Positions 26,874-35,806 of a stretch of 44,902 nt of DNA are shown here, in pieces; the stretch's first letter is position 1; each line of letters opens with the position of its first letter. Source of the stretch: Clostridia bacterium (GTDB lineage Bacteria > Bacillota > Clostridia > JBAXOJ01); assembly GCA_037133315.1 (NCBI GenBank), contig JBAXOJ010000001.1:1-44902 (forward strand), in the 5' to 3' direction. The notes beneath the pieces are model-generated. The model saw nothing but the letters and a program-made list of their open reading frames with translations. It was not told the origin of the DNA and ran no database searches. The position numbers and the translations under genes are program-made.

Positions 26874-28475
26874 ATGAAAATTATTGTAACGGAACGCATT
26901 GCACAAGAGGGAATCGATTTTTTAATCCAAAAAGGATTTACAGTGGACACGAAGTTCGGCATTTCACACGATGAATTATTGACGATAATTGCAGATTACG
27001 ATGCCATCATTGTCCGTAGTGTGACGAAAGTGAACAAAGAACTCGTCGCAGCTGGCGTGAATTTGAAAGTCGCTGGGCGTGCTGGCAATGGAATCGATAA
27101 CATTGATGTGAAAGCCTGTACCGAAAAGGGCATCATTGTCGTCAACACTCCGGAAAGTAATATCATGGCTGCCGCAGAACTGGCGGTTGGTCTTGCATAT
27201 GCAATCTTTAGAAACATCCCACAGGCAAACTATGCTGGGAAATTCAACAAAGATTTCAGAAGAAGTATGTTCAACGGAAACGAGCTTGACGAAAAGACCG
27301 CTGGCGTCATTGGACTCGGCAGAATTGGTTCCATCGTCGCAAGAAAATTGATGGGCAACAACATGAAAGTCATTGCTTACGATCCATACATCCCAGAGGA
27401 ACGGTTTAAGCAGGTTGGGGTCACGCGCGTGGAAACTCTCGAAGAAATCCTGACGCAATCCGATTTGATTACGTTCCACACACCGAAGACCACCGAAACA
27501 TATGGGATGGTTGGGGCGAAAGAATTGGCGTTGTGCAAAAAAGGCGTGCGCATTGTCAATGCAGCGCGTGGCGGACTCGTAAATGAAGATGCGCTCTTTG
27601 ATGCGTTGCAATCGGGACAGGTTGCTGCGGCCGGCATCGACGTGTTGGATCCGGAACCAAACTACGATAAAAAGCCTGAAGATCAAGATTATGTCAACAA
27701 ATTACTCGCGCTGGATAACCTCATCATGACGCCGCATCTCGGTGCGTCGACTGCGGAGGCGAACTTCAATGTAGGCACAGAAGTCACCAAGCTCGTGGGC
27801 AATGCGTTATCGGGAGAAATGGTTGCGGCCGTCAACATGCCACCAATCAAAGGGGGCAATATGAGCGAACTCAAACCTTACCTCGATTTGGCTGAATTCC
27901 TTGGAAAGATTTATTACCAGGCGGAAAAAGAGACGGTCTCACGACTTGAAATTCTATATAGCGGAGACCTCGCAGAAAAAGAAACCAAAGTGATTTCGTA
28001 TTCTGTCGTGAAAGGGTTCTTGGAGCCGCAGGTACAAGAGAAAGTCAATTATGTCAACGCAGAGATGATCCTAGCAAATCGCGGTATCGAACTCATTGAA
28101 AGCAAGACATCGCAACTCGATAAATATACGAATCTGATTACCGTTAGCTTTGTGACGAAGAACAAGACGTTTTCTGTCTCGGGTACGGTGTTTGGCAAAG
28201 ACTCCATCCGTATCGTTGATTTCTTTGGATATAAGATGGACTTTGAGCCGTCTAAGTACATTCTTGCATTGCAAAACATCGACCAGCCCGGCATCATCGG
28301 AAGCGTCGGCACCGTGCTGGGAGATTTGGGCATCAATATTGCGGCGATGCAATGGAGCTCGAGAGGCGAGAAAGCGGTTTCGTTTGTGAGTGTAGACCAG
28401 GAAGTGAGTGACGAAGTGCTTGATAAGTTGCGTGCAAACCCAGGGATCTTGAAAGCGAGCAAGCTTAAGTTTTAA
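26874..28475 (+). CDS. serA: D-3-phosphoglycerate dehydrogenase (long form with a C-terminal ACT domain)
   Basis: The NAD-binding motif is GVIGLGRIGS. The catalytic R/E/H region is NAARGG..TPHLGAST. The C-terminal ACT-like segment is NIDQPGIIGSVGTVLG. Confidence 0.92.
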   Translation: MKIIVTERIAQEGIDFLIQKGFTVDTKFGISHDELLTIIADYDAIIVRSVTKVNKELVAAGVNLKVAGRAGNGIDNIDVKACTEKGIIVVNTPESNIMAAAELAVGLAYAIFRNIPQANYAGKFNKDFRRSMFNGNELDEKTAGVIGLGRIGSIVARKLMGNNMKVIAYDPYIPEERFKQVGVTRVETLEEILTQSDLITFHTPKTTETYGMVGAKELALCKKGVRIVNAARGGLVNEDALFDALQSGQVAAAGIDVLDPEPNYDKKPEDQDYVNKLLALDNLIMTPHLGASTAEANFNVGTEVTKLVGNALSGEMVAAVNMPPIKGGNMSELKPYLDLAEFLGKIYYQAEKETVSRLEILYSGDLAEKETKVISYSVVKGFLEPQVQEKVNYVNAEMILANRGIELIESKTSQLDKYTNLITVSFVTKNKTFSVSGTVFGKDSIRIVDFFGYKMDFEPSKYILALQNIDQPGIIGSVGTVLGDLGINIAAMQWSSRGEKAVSFVSVDQEVSDEVLDKLRANPGILKASKLKF

Positions 28476-28508
28476 TCGATCGACACAAATTGAAGGGGAT
28501 GGACTCAC

Positions 28509-29840
28509 TTGCGGAATGACTTCTTAGAAAAAATGGGATTACATGTGCCTGAAATAATGTTACCTGCGGCCAATGCAGATTACATGAAATGGAGTGTGGT
28601 TGCTTGTGACCAGTTTACGGCACAACCAGCGTATTGGGACCAGGTCGAAATGATCGTTGGCGATGCGCCATCGACCTATCGTATTACATTACCTGAAATC
28701 TTTCTAGAGGAAAGTGATTGTGACGCGCGCATCCAGAAAATCAACCAAAAAATGGATCAATACTTAGCCGAAGGCGTGTTGGAAAGCAAAGGGCACGGGT
28801 TTGTGCTGGTGGAACGAAAGGCACATGGGCATACGCGTCGCGGACTGGTCGTGGCGCTTGATTTAGAGCAATACGATTATGCTTTGGGTTCCAAATCATT
28901 GATTCGTGCGACGGAGGGAACCGTAATTGAGCGGATTCCGGCAAGAAAGAAAATCAGGAAACATGCTTCGATAGAAACTCCACACATCATGGTCTTGTTG
29001 GATGATCCAAAGGATACCGTGATTGGGAAGTTGTTTGAGACGGTTGATGATTATGAGCTTTTGTATCAGACAAAACTGATGCAAGGCGGTGGTGAAATCA
29101 AAGGTTGGATGATTTTTGCAACTGACACAATTGCGCATATTGCGCAGGCGATTGGTGCAATTCCTTTACTCGACAACATGCTGTATGCGGTGGGCGACGG
29201 GAATCATTCTCTTGCTTCCGCTAAGGCGCACTGGGAGGACGTCAAGAAAGCACTGCCTGATGAGGCATCTCTGGTAGCACATCCAGCCCGCTTTGCCATG
29301 GTGGAGTTGGTGAATGTATATGACAAGGGCTTGGATTTTGAGCCAATTCATCGTGTCGTCTTTGACTGTGATTATATCGAGTTATTTTATCAATTCGAGC
29401 AGTTCGTGAAGCAACACGGCGGATTGATCGAAATCAAGTATTTCGTCGGAGAGAACGCCAATCAAAAAATGCGTGACCAGTGGAATGTTATCGATCAATT
29501 GAAGACCAATCAAAAGTTTTCGTTCGTCACGGATAAAGTAAGTGGGATTGTCATCATGGACTGCACCGGTTTTACCATGACAGTAGCGACGCTACAAGCA
29601 TTTCTAGACGAGTATCTAAAGGAAAACTCAGATGCAAGAATCGACTATATTCATGGCGCGAAAATCGCGATGGAAATTGGTTCGCAAGCAAACAATCTCG
29701 CATTTGTACTTCCGCCCATGAGCAAGTTTGATTTATTTCCAGCGGTGGTCAATGAGGGCGCGTTGCCTAGGAAGACATTCTCCATGGGAGAAGCGAATGA
29801 AAAACGCTATTACATGGAATGTAGAAAAATAATTGAATGA
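28509..29840 (+). CDS. DUF1015-family protein (uncharacterised)
   Basis: 443 aa. The N-terminal WSVVACDQFTAQPAYW and the PEIFLEE pattern match, as I recall it, Clostridial DUF1015 proteins found next to serA and the aminotransferase. The TTG start follows GAAGGGGA. The family assignment is from memory only. Confidence 0.6.
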   Translation: MRNDFLEKMGLHVPEIMLPAANADYMKWSVVACDQFTAQPAYWDQVEMIVGDAPSTYRITLPEIFLEESDCDARIQKINQKMDQYLAEGVLESKGHGFVLVERKAHGHTRRGLVVALDLEQYDYALGSKSLIRATEGTVIERIPARKKIRKHASIETPHIMVLLDDPKDTVIGKLFETVDDYELLYQTKLMQGGGEIKGWMIFATDTIAHIAQAIGAIPLLDNMLYAVGDGNHSLASAKAHWEDVKKALPDEASLVAHPARFAMVELVNVYDKGLDFEPIHRVVFDCDYIELFYQFEQFVKQHGGLIEIKYFVGENANQKMRDQWNVIDQLKTNQKFSFVTDKVSGIVIMDCTGFTMTVATLQAFLDEYLKENSDARIDYIHGAKIAMEIGSQANNLAFVLPPMSKFDLFPAVVNEGALPRKTFSMGEANEKRYYMECRKIIE

Positions 29841-29849
29841 GGGTTTGTA

Positions 29850-32486
29850 ATGCAGAAACTAGGATTGAATGAAATTAGAGAAAAATATTTGACTTTCTTT
29901 GAGGGCAAAGAACACTTGCGGCTGGAAAGTTTTTCGCTTGTACCTGAAAACGACCCGAGCATCTTGCTCATCAATGCCGGCATGACTCCCTTGAAACCAT
30001 ATTTTACAGGGGAGTTGACCCCGCCGAGCAAACGCATCACGACTTGTCAAAAATGCATTCGTACTCTCGACATCGAGAATGTCGGCAGGACGTCGCGTCA
30101 CGGCACTTTTTTTGAAATGCTAGGCAACTTTTCATTCGGCGATTATTTCAAACGCGAGGCCATCGCGTGGGCATGGGAATTTATCACAAAAACCATGGAA
30201 ATGCCGACGGATAATCTGTTCATTTCCGTCTATTTGGACGATGACGAAGCATATGCAATCTGGAATAAGGAAATTGGAATTGCCGATGACCATCTGGTCC
30301 GCCTTGGGAAAGCGGACAACTTCTGGGAACACGGCGTCGGTCCATGTGGACCTTGTTCTGAAATATATTTTGATCGCGGCGTGGAAGCAGGTTGCGGGAA
30401 GCCGGATTGTCAGGTTGGATGTGACTGCGATCGCTACGTAGAATTCTGGAATCTCGTGTTCACGCAGTTCAATAGGACGGAAGAAGGCGAATATATCAGC
30501 TTGCCAAACCCAAACATTGATACTGGCATGGGCCTGGAGCGTCTCGCTTGCGTGATGCAGGGCGTAAATAGTTTGTTTGAGGTCGATACCATCCAAAAAG
30601 TATTAGCGTATATTTGCAACCTTGCTGGCGCAACATATGGTGCCTCGCACCAAACCGATGTTTCGCTGCGCGTGATTACCGACCACATTCGCAGTACCAC
30701 GATGTTAGTGTCGGATGGCGTCATTCCTTCTAATGAGGGCAGGGGATACATTTTGCGAAGACTGCTTCGCAGAGCTGCAAGACACGCACGTCTTTTAGGG
30801 ATCAAGGAGCGCTTCTTGTCAAACGTAGCCCAAATCGTCATCCAGGAATCTTGTATAGCGTATCCTATCTTGAAAGAAAAGGAAGAGCATATCAAACGTG
30901 TCATCGCTACAGAGGAAGAACGCTTTGATAAGACTGTCGACGCAGGTTTGATGATCCTCAATGAATTGATTAACAAGATTAAAACCGAAAAAGGGACCCA
31001 AATTCCCGGAGCTGACATCTTCAAATTACATGATACATTTGGATTTCCGTTCGACCTGACGCGGGAAATCGCAGAAGAACAGGAACTTACTTTAGATGAA
31101 ACTGGTTTTAAAACTGAAATGGATCGTCAAAGAACGATGGCGCGAGAAGCCTTAAAAGCGAAATCAGGGTCTGCATGGGGAGAAAACATCTTTTCATCAA
31201 TGCAACTTTCAAAGACTGAATTTACTGGTTATGACGCGAGTATTTCAACAAGCAAGGTGCTCTGTCTTGTCAATCAAGACACCATTGTGGACCTGTTGGC
31301 CGAAGGAGAGGACGGGATTCTTGTACTTGATCAGACACCATTTTATGCAGAAAGTGGGGGGCAAGTTGGAGATACAGGCACGATTGCCACAAAGGACGCA
31401 CTCCTTACCGTGACGGATACGAAAAAGACGCCAGATGGACTATTTCTTCATTTCTGCACTGTATTAAAAGGGACGATTTCAAACGGAGAAATCGTTGAAA
31501 CAAAAATTAACGAGGTACTACGCCTTGATACATGTCGCAATCATACTACGACACACATCTTGCAGAAGGCTTTAAAAAATGTGCTAGGGAATCATGTCGA
31601 ACAAGCAGGATCTTCTGTGGATCCCTATCGCATTCGCTTTGATTTCCAACATTTCTCGCCTGTATCAGAAGATGATTTGCGACGCGTTGAGCGGATTGTA
31701 AATGAAACCATTTTGTCTTCCCATTCTGTCATCACGCGTGAAATGTCCATTGCGGAAGCCAAAGAGGAAGGTGCGATTGCGCTCTTTGGTGAAAAATATG
31801 GTGACGTGGTTCGCGTGATTTCAATTGGAAACTACAGCAAAGAACTATGTGGTGGCACGCATCTTAAAAACACAGCCACTGCAGGATTGTTCAAAATTAC
31901 GAGCGAGACTGGTGTTGCAGCTGGTGTCAGACGCATTGAGGCGTTAACTGGATCGAATGCGCTCGCATATCTATATGAAAAAGTGGATGCGATACAAGCC
32001 ATCTCGGCTCTTTTGAAGACATCAGTTAATGACGTTTTCAAAAAAACGGAGCAAACGGTGCATTCCTTAAAAGAGGCTGAAAAACAAGTCACAGCGTTAA
32101 AGACCAAACTGGCTCTTTCTGATTTGGATGAAATCCTATCTTCTGCTTTGCTGATCAAAGGTGTTTCCGTTTTCTCGGGACGTTTTGACGGACTAGACCA
32201 GGAAACGTTGCGTAATCTTGCTGAGCGAGTGAAGGATCAAACGGCGCAAAGCATCGTCTTCTTTGTTGGGAACTTTGAAGAACGCGTCATCCTTGTCGCG
32301 ATGGCTTCGAAGGACGCGTTAGCGAATGGCATTCATTGTGGTAACGTTCTCAAGGCTGCTGCGCAGGCTTGTGGTGGCGGAGGCGGTGGGCGCCCAGATA
32401 TGGCACAAGCGGGTGGAAAAGATGTTTCGAAAATTTCGGATGCAATCCGGGTTGGACTTGAAGTAATCAAAAATCAAATAGGATAA
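29850..32486 (+). CDS. alaS: Alanine--tRNA ligase
   Basis: 878 aa. It has the class II core (FFEMLGNFSFGDYFK), the editing-domain HTTTH...CGGTH zinc motifs and a C-terminal DHHA1 domain with a GGGGGG loop. Confidence 0.97.
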   Translation: MQKLGLNEIREKYLTFFEGKEHLRLESFSLVPENDPSILLINAGMTPLKPYFTGELTPPSKRITTCQKCIRTLDIENVGRTSRHGTFFEMLGNFSFGDYFKREAIAWAWEFITKTMEMPTDNLFISVYLDDDEAYAIWNKEIGIADDHLVRLGKADNFWEHGVGPCGPCSEIYFDRGVEAGCGKPDCQVGCDCDRYVEFWNLVFTQFNRTEEGEYISLPNPNIDTGMGLERLACVMQGVNSLFEVDTIQKVLAYICNLAGATYGASHQTDVSLRVITDHIRSTTMLVSDGVIPSNEGRGYILRRLLRRAARHARLLGIKERFLSNVAQIVIQESCIAYPILKEKEEHIKRVIATEEERFDKTVDAGLMILNELINKIKTEKGTQIPGADIFKLHDTFGFPFDLTREIAEEQELTLDETGFKTEMDRQRTMAREALKAKSGSAWGENIFSSMQLSKTEFTGYDASISTSKVLCLVNQDTIVDLLAEGEDGILVLDQTPFYAESGGQVGDTGTIATKDALLTVTDTKKTPDGLFLHFCTVLKGTISNGEIVETKINEVLRLDTCRNHTTTHILQKALKNVLGNHVEQAGSSVDPYRIRFDFQHFSPVSEDDLRRVERIVNETILSSHSVITREMSIAEAKEEGAIALFGEKYGDVVRVISIGNYSKELCGGTHLKNTATAGLFKITSETGVAAGVRRIEALTGSNALAYLYEKVDAIQAISALLKTSVNDVFKKTEQTVHSLKEAEKQVTALKTKLALSDLDEILSSALLIKGVSVFSGRFDGLDQETLRNLAERVKDQTAQSIVFFVGNFEERVILVAMASKDALANGIHCGNVLKAAAQACGGGGGGRPDMAQAGGKDVSKISDAIRVGLEVIKNQIG

Positions 32487-32500
32487 AGGGGGCGAATGAC

Positions 32501-32845
32501 ATGAATGATTGTATTTTCTGCAAAATTGCAAACAGGGAAATCCCGAGCAAACTGGTTTACGATTCGGATGAATTTATGGCATTTCATGATGTGCATCCCG
32601 TCGCGCCAATCCATGTACTTATTATTCCAAAGGCACATTATTCCAATCTGGAAGATATCGTTTCGACTAATCCGTTGCTTTCAAAACGATTGTTACAAGC
32701 TGTGAATGATGTCGCGTCCGAGTTGGATGTAAATGAGGATGGGTACCGTTTGATCATGAATTCTGGTGAGAACGGGGGACAATCTGTACCACATTTACAT
32801 TTTCATTTGATTGCGGGTACAAAGTTGAATATTCACCTCGTATAA
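32501..32845 (+). CDS. HIT-family (histidine triad) nucleotide hydrolase
   Basis: The N-terminus is CIFCKI and the triad is HLHFHLI. The protein is 114 aa. Confidence 0.9.
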   Translation: MNDCIFCKIANREIPSKLVYDSDEFMAFHDVHPVAPIHVLIIPKAHYSNLEDIVSTNPLLSKRLLQAVNDVASELDVNEDGYRLIMNSGENGGQSVPHLHFHLIAGTKLNIHLV

Positions 32846-32848
32846 TGC

Positions 32849-32878
32849 TTGACAATTTTATGCAAATTAAAGTATAAT
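32849..32878 (+). promoter_or_regulatory. Sigma-A promoter for rpsU
   Basis: TTGACA (32849-32854), an 18-nt spacer, then TATAAT (32873-32878). Confidence 0.6.
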
Positions 32879-32935
32879 TTTTTTTGTAAACAAAATGTTT
32901 GTAATACAAATCACGACTCGGAAGGAGGGAATACC

Positions 32936-33109
32936 ATGTCGGAAATTCGCATTAAGGAAAATGAATCACTTGATAACGCACTTAAGAGATTCAAGAGACA
33001 GTGCGCGAAGTCAGGAGTCCTCGCCGAGGTTAGAAAACGTGAGCATTACGAGAAGCCTAGCGTCAAAAGAAAACTGAAATCAGAAGCTGCAAGAAAGCGT
33101 AAATTCTAA
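32936..33109 (+). CDS. rpsU: 30S ribosomal protein S21
   Basis: The sequence is [29 protein letters not shown]...KRKF, 57 aa. GGAAGGAGGG precedes the ATG at 32936. The upstream extension in the ORF track covers the promoter. Confidence 0.95.
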   Translation: MSEIRIKENESLDNALKRFKRQCAKSGVLAEVRKREHYEKPSVKRKLKSEAARKRKF

Positions 33110-33146
33110 TAAAAAAAGGAGCCTTGTGGGCTCCTTTATCTTTTGT
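33108..33146. terminator. Bidirectional intrinsic terminator (rpsU on +, CBM9 paralog 1 on -)
   Basis: The 9-bp stem is AAAGGAGCC / GGCTCCTTT with loop TTGTG. An A-run lies on one side and ATCTTTTGT on the other. Confidence 0.8.
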
Positions 33147-33160
33147 ACCTCGTTTTCAAA

Positions 33161-33907
33161 TTACTTCATAATGAGTGTCCCCATTGATTTTGGGCTAATC
33201 CAAGCATTATCCAGCGAGTTCCAAACAATCTGAAATCTTCGGCCTGCGGTGACCGGACTCGCGTCATTCACCTGAATATCAAACCCGACTTTTTGTTTTG
33301 CTTTTAGACTGGATACGCCGTGGTGAGAAAGTACGATTTTCACTTCCTGTGTATAATAAGTCGAAGTACCCACACTTTTCGAATTCACTCTGAATGCTGG
33401 TGCATTGTATGCGCCCCACCCAGAGACGTCGGTATAAGTTCTGCCGTTTGATCTCTTATAGGGACGTGCGAGACGATACTGCGCATCGCATTTTCCGTTG
33501 TAACTCGAACGGTCACAGTTCTTTGCGTCAATATGGTATTCCACCGAGTCAAAATCAGTAGGACCAATACTGCCAGTGTAATTTTCCAAGTCCTTGATTG
33601 ATATCAAGACATAAATGTTTTTCGAATCCCAAAGATACTTCAAGGTATTCACTTTTGCTGCTCCTGCTGGTGTTCCTTTCACCACTTTTTTTGTCGCAGT
33701 GACAATGGTATGGCTCATCGTACTTGCTACATTTGGAGCTTTTGACCATGACTTTTCATAGGTCTTGCCATCCATCTTCATGGAAACAGTCGTCTTTACT
33801 ACATAAATCGAGGCTTTCTTTAAACTCAGTGCCTCTGCTAAAATAGTGCCTGACGATAGAAAAACTAGTGCAAGTACAATACTCATGATTCTCGCTAACT
33901 TCTTCAT
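33161..33907 (-). CDS. Secreted stand-alone CBM9 (carbohydrate-binding family 9) domain protein, paralog 1 of 3
   Basis: 248 aa. The signal peptide is MKKLARIMSIVLALVFLSSGTILAEA. CBM9 hallmarks are MDGKTYEKSW, LKYLWDSKNIYV, DSVEYHIDAKN, DAQYRL and VGFDIQVNDAS...RRFQIVWNS..NAW.SPKSMGTLIMK. These compare with the Thermotoga Xyn10A CBM9-2 pattern IGFNIQVNDA...W..PS.FG.L. AAGGAG lies 8 nt upstream of the ATG at 33907. Confidence 0.75.
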   Translation of the reverse strand: MKKLARIMSIVLALVFLSSGTILAEALSLKKASIYVVKTTVSMKMDGKTYEKSWSKAPNVASTMSHTIVTATKKVVKGTPAGAAKVNTLKYLWDSKNIYVLISIKDLENYTGSIGPTDFDSVEYHIDAKNCDRSSYNGKCDAQYRLARPYKRSNGRTYTDVSGWGAYNAPAFRVNSKSVGTSTYYTQEVKIVLSHHGVSSLKAKQKVGFDIQVNDASPVTAGRRFQIVWNSLDNAWISPKSMGTLIMK

Positions 33908-33927
33908 AATGAACACTCCTTCGGTTT

Positions 33928-33966
33928 CAGTTTTCTTATTCAAAAGAAACTGATACTTTAAGTATA
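33928..33966 (-). promoter_or_regulatory. -10 box plus 5'-UTR stem-loop of paralog 1
   Basis: The minus strand reads TATACT (33966-33961), then CAGTTTCTT-TTGAAT-AAGAAAACTG (33952-33928). That hairpin has 9 bp and one bulge. AAGGAG follows. Confidence 0.5.
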
Positions 33967-33980
33967 CTGTAGAGATATGT

Positions 33981-34021
33981 CACAATTCACCGTATATTAA
34001 GGAATGCAAGAGTGAATTGTG
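33981..34021. repeat. Perfect 10-bp inverted repeat at the -35 region of paralog 1 (operator-like)
   Basis: CACAATTCAC (33981-33990), 21 nt, then GTGAATTGTG (34012-34021). It begins 15 nt upstream of the -10 box. Confidence 0.6.
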
Positions 34022-34046
34022 AATGGAATAAAAGGTCGTAAATCAC

Positions 34047-34078
34047 GTAAAAAAGGAGCCCCTTGTGAGGACTCCTTT
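34047..34078 (-). terminator. Intrinsic terminator of paralog 2
   Basis: The stem is AAAGGAG-CC / GG-CTCCTTT with one mismatch. On the minus strand TTTTTAC follows it. Confidence 0.7.
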
Positions 34079-34111
34079 ATCTTTAGTTCCTAAAATTTGA
34101 ATTGCCTTTTA

Positions 34112-34858
34112 TTACTTCATGATCAAAGTTCCCATTGTGGAAGGATTGATCCATGCGTTATCCATCGAGTTCCATACAATCTGGAATCTACGGCCAGCGG
34201 TGACAGGGCTAGCATCGTTAACCTGGATATCAAATCCAACTTTTTGCTTTGCTTTCAAAGTAGCAACGCCGTGGTGTGCTAAAACGATTTTTACTTCTTG
34301 CGTGTAGCTTGTTGTCGTTCCGATTGATTTTGAGTTCACACGGAATGCTGCTGCATTGTATGCGCCCCAACCTGAAACGTCAGTATAGGTCTTTCCATTT
34401 GCTCTCTTATAAGGTCTTGAAAGTCTGTATTGTGCATCGCATTTGCCATTGTAACTAGCTCTATCACAATTCTTTGCATCAATATGATATTCAACTGCAT
34501 CGAAGTCAGTCGGTACAATGCTACCAGTGTAGTTCTTTGCATCTTTTACAACGATGTAAACATAAATATTTTTTGCATCCCATAGATACTTCAACGTAGT
34601 TACGCTAGCAGCGCCAGCTGGTTTTACTTTCGTCCATTTCTTTGTAGCAGTTGTTTCCCAATGGCTCATGGTCTTATATACATTCGATGCCTTTGCCCAT
34701 GATTTTTCAAGTGTCTTACCATCCATCTTCATTGTAACAGTGCTTTTTACAACATACAAAGCAGGCATCTTATAGCTCAACGCTTCTGCAAATGCAGTTC
34801 CTGCTGATAAAAAGACGATTGCCAATACCACACACATAATTCTCGCAAACTTCAACAT
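34112..34858 (-). CDS. Secreted stand-alone CBM9 domain protein, paralog 2 of 3
   Basis: 248 aa, exactly the same length as paralogs 1 and 3. The signal peptide ends in AFAEA. AAGGA precedes the ATG at 34858; the ORF-track GTG at 34867 overlaps the RBS. Confidence 0.75.
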   Translation of the reverse strand: MLKFARIMCVVLAIVFLSAGTAFAEALSYKMPALYVVKSTVTMKMDGKTLEKSWAKASNVYKTMSHWETTATKKWTKVKPAGAASVTTLKYLWDAKNIYVYIVVKDAKNYTGSIVPTDFDAVEYHIDAKNCDRASYNGKCDAQYRLSRPYKRANGKTYTDVSGWGAYNAAAFRVNSKSIGTTTSYTQEVKIVLAHHGVATLKAKQKVGFDIQVNDASPVTAGRRFQIVWNSMDNAWINPSTMGTLIMK

Positions 34859-34877
34859 AACGAACACATCCTTTAAA

Positions 34878-34920
34878 ATATTTTCTTTTTAAACAAAAGA
34901 ATCTTTGTACCTTTATTATA
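34878..34920 (-). promoter_or_regulatory. -10 box plus 5'-UTR stem-loop of paralog 2
   Basis: The minus strand reads TGTATAAT (-10 at 34920-34915), then AGATTCTTTTGTTTAAAAAGAAAATAT (34904-34878). The stem is TTCTTTT / AAAAGAA. Confidence 0.5.
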
Positions 34921-34983
34921 CACATCACCTATGTGATAATTTACATTATTGTATGGAAACTTTAAGGAATTTTGACTGCTAAT

Positions 34984-35016
34984 AAAAAAACAGGGGAGCC
35001 TTTATGGCACCCCTGT
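34984..35016 (-). terminator. Intrinsic terminator of paralog 3
   Basis: The stem is ACAGGGG-GCC / GGC-CCCCTGT with loop TTTAT. On the minus strand TTTTTTTATT follows it. Confidence 0.8.
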
Positions 35017-35038
35017 TTCACGGTTAATCAAAAAACAA

Positions 35039-35785
35039 TTACTTCATAATTAATGTTCCCATTGTGGATGGATTGATCCAAGCGTTGTCCATGGAGTTCC
35101 AAACGATTTGGAATCTGCGGCCAGCAGTGACAGGGCTTGCATCGTTAACTTGAATGTCAAATCCAACTTTTTGCTTAGCTTTTAAAGTAGCAACGCCATG
35201 GTGAGCTAAAACGATTTTTACTTCTTGCGTGTAGCTTGTAGTCGTTCCGATAGATTTTGAATTGACGCGGAATGCAGCTGCATTGTATGCGCCCCAACCT
35301 GAAACGTCAGTGTAGGTCTTGCCGTTTGCTCTCTTATAAGGTCTGGAAAGTCTATACTGAGCGTCACATTTGCCATTGTAACTCGCTCTGTCGCAGTTTT
35401 TTGCGTCGATGTGATATTCTACCGCATCAAAGTCTACTGGCTGGATGCTTCCAGTGTAATTCTTAGGATCTTGCACAACAATGTAAACATAAATGTTCTT
35501 CGAATCCCAAAGATACTTCAACGTAGATACGCTTGCAGCGCCTGCTGGTTTTACCTTCGTCCATTTCTTCGTTGCTGTTGTTTCCCAATGCTTCATTGTC
35601 GCATATACATTAGTTGCCTTTTTCCATGATGACTCAAGCGTCTTCGCATCCATCTTCATCGCTACTGTGGTCTTTACAACATACAGTGCAGGCATTTTAT
35701 AACTTAATGCCTCCGCAAATGCTGTTCCTGCAGATAAAAATACAATTGCTAATACTACACTGATTACCTTTGCAAATCTCTTCAT
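35039..35785 (-). CDS. Secreted stand-alone CBM9 domain protein, paralog 3 of 3
   Basis: 248 aa. The C-terminal 131 aa are identical to paralog 2. GAGGAG lies 8 nt upstream of the ATG at 35785. Confidence 0.75.
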   Translation of the reverse strand: MKRFAKVISVVLAIVFLSAGTAFAEALSYKMPALYVVKTTVAMKMDAKTLESSWKKATNVYATMKHWETTATKKWTKVKPAGAASVSTLKYLWDSKNIYVYIVVQDPKNYTGSIQPVDFDAVEYHIDAKNCDRASYNGKCDAQYRLSRPYKRANGKTYTDVSGWGAYNAAAFRVNSKSIGTTTSYTQEVKIVLAHHGVATLKAKQKVGFDIQVNDASPVTAGRRFQIVWNSMDNAWINPSTMGTLIMK

Positions 35786-35806
35786 GTGAAACACTCCTCA
35801 TTAATC

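Noticed and set aside
26976-27686. 236-aa minus-strand ORF antisense to serA (with similar ones at 25751-26395, 30434-31024 and 5488-5961)
   Set aside because: These are typical shadow ORFs of GC-richer coding regions. The opposite-strand genes carry unambiguous family motifs, and these ORFs have none.
32370-32395. GGT/GGC/GGA run (gtggtggcggaggcggtggg) near the alaS 3' end as a slippery repeat
   Set aside because: It encodes the conserved GGGGGG loop of the AlaRS C-terminal DHHA1 domain. The codons are mixed, so it is not a true homopolymer or microsatellite.
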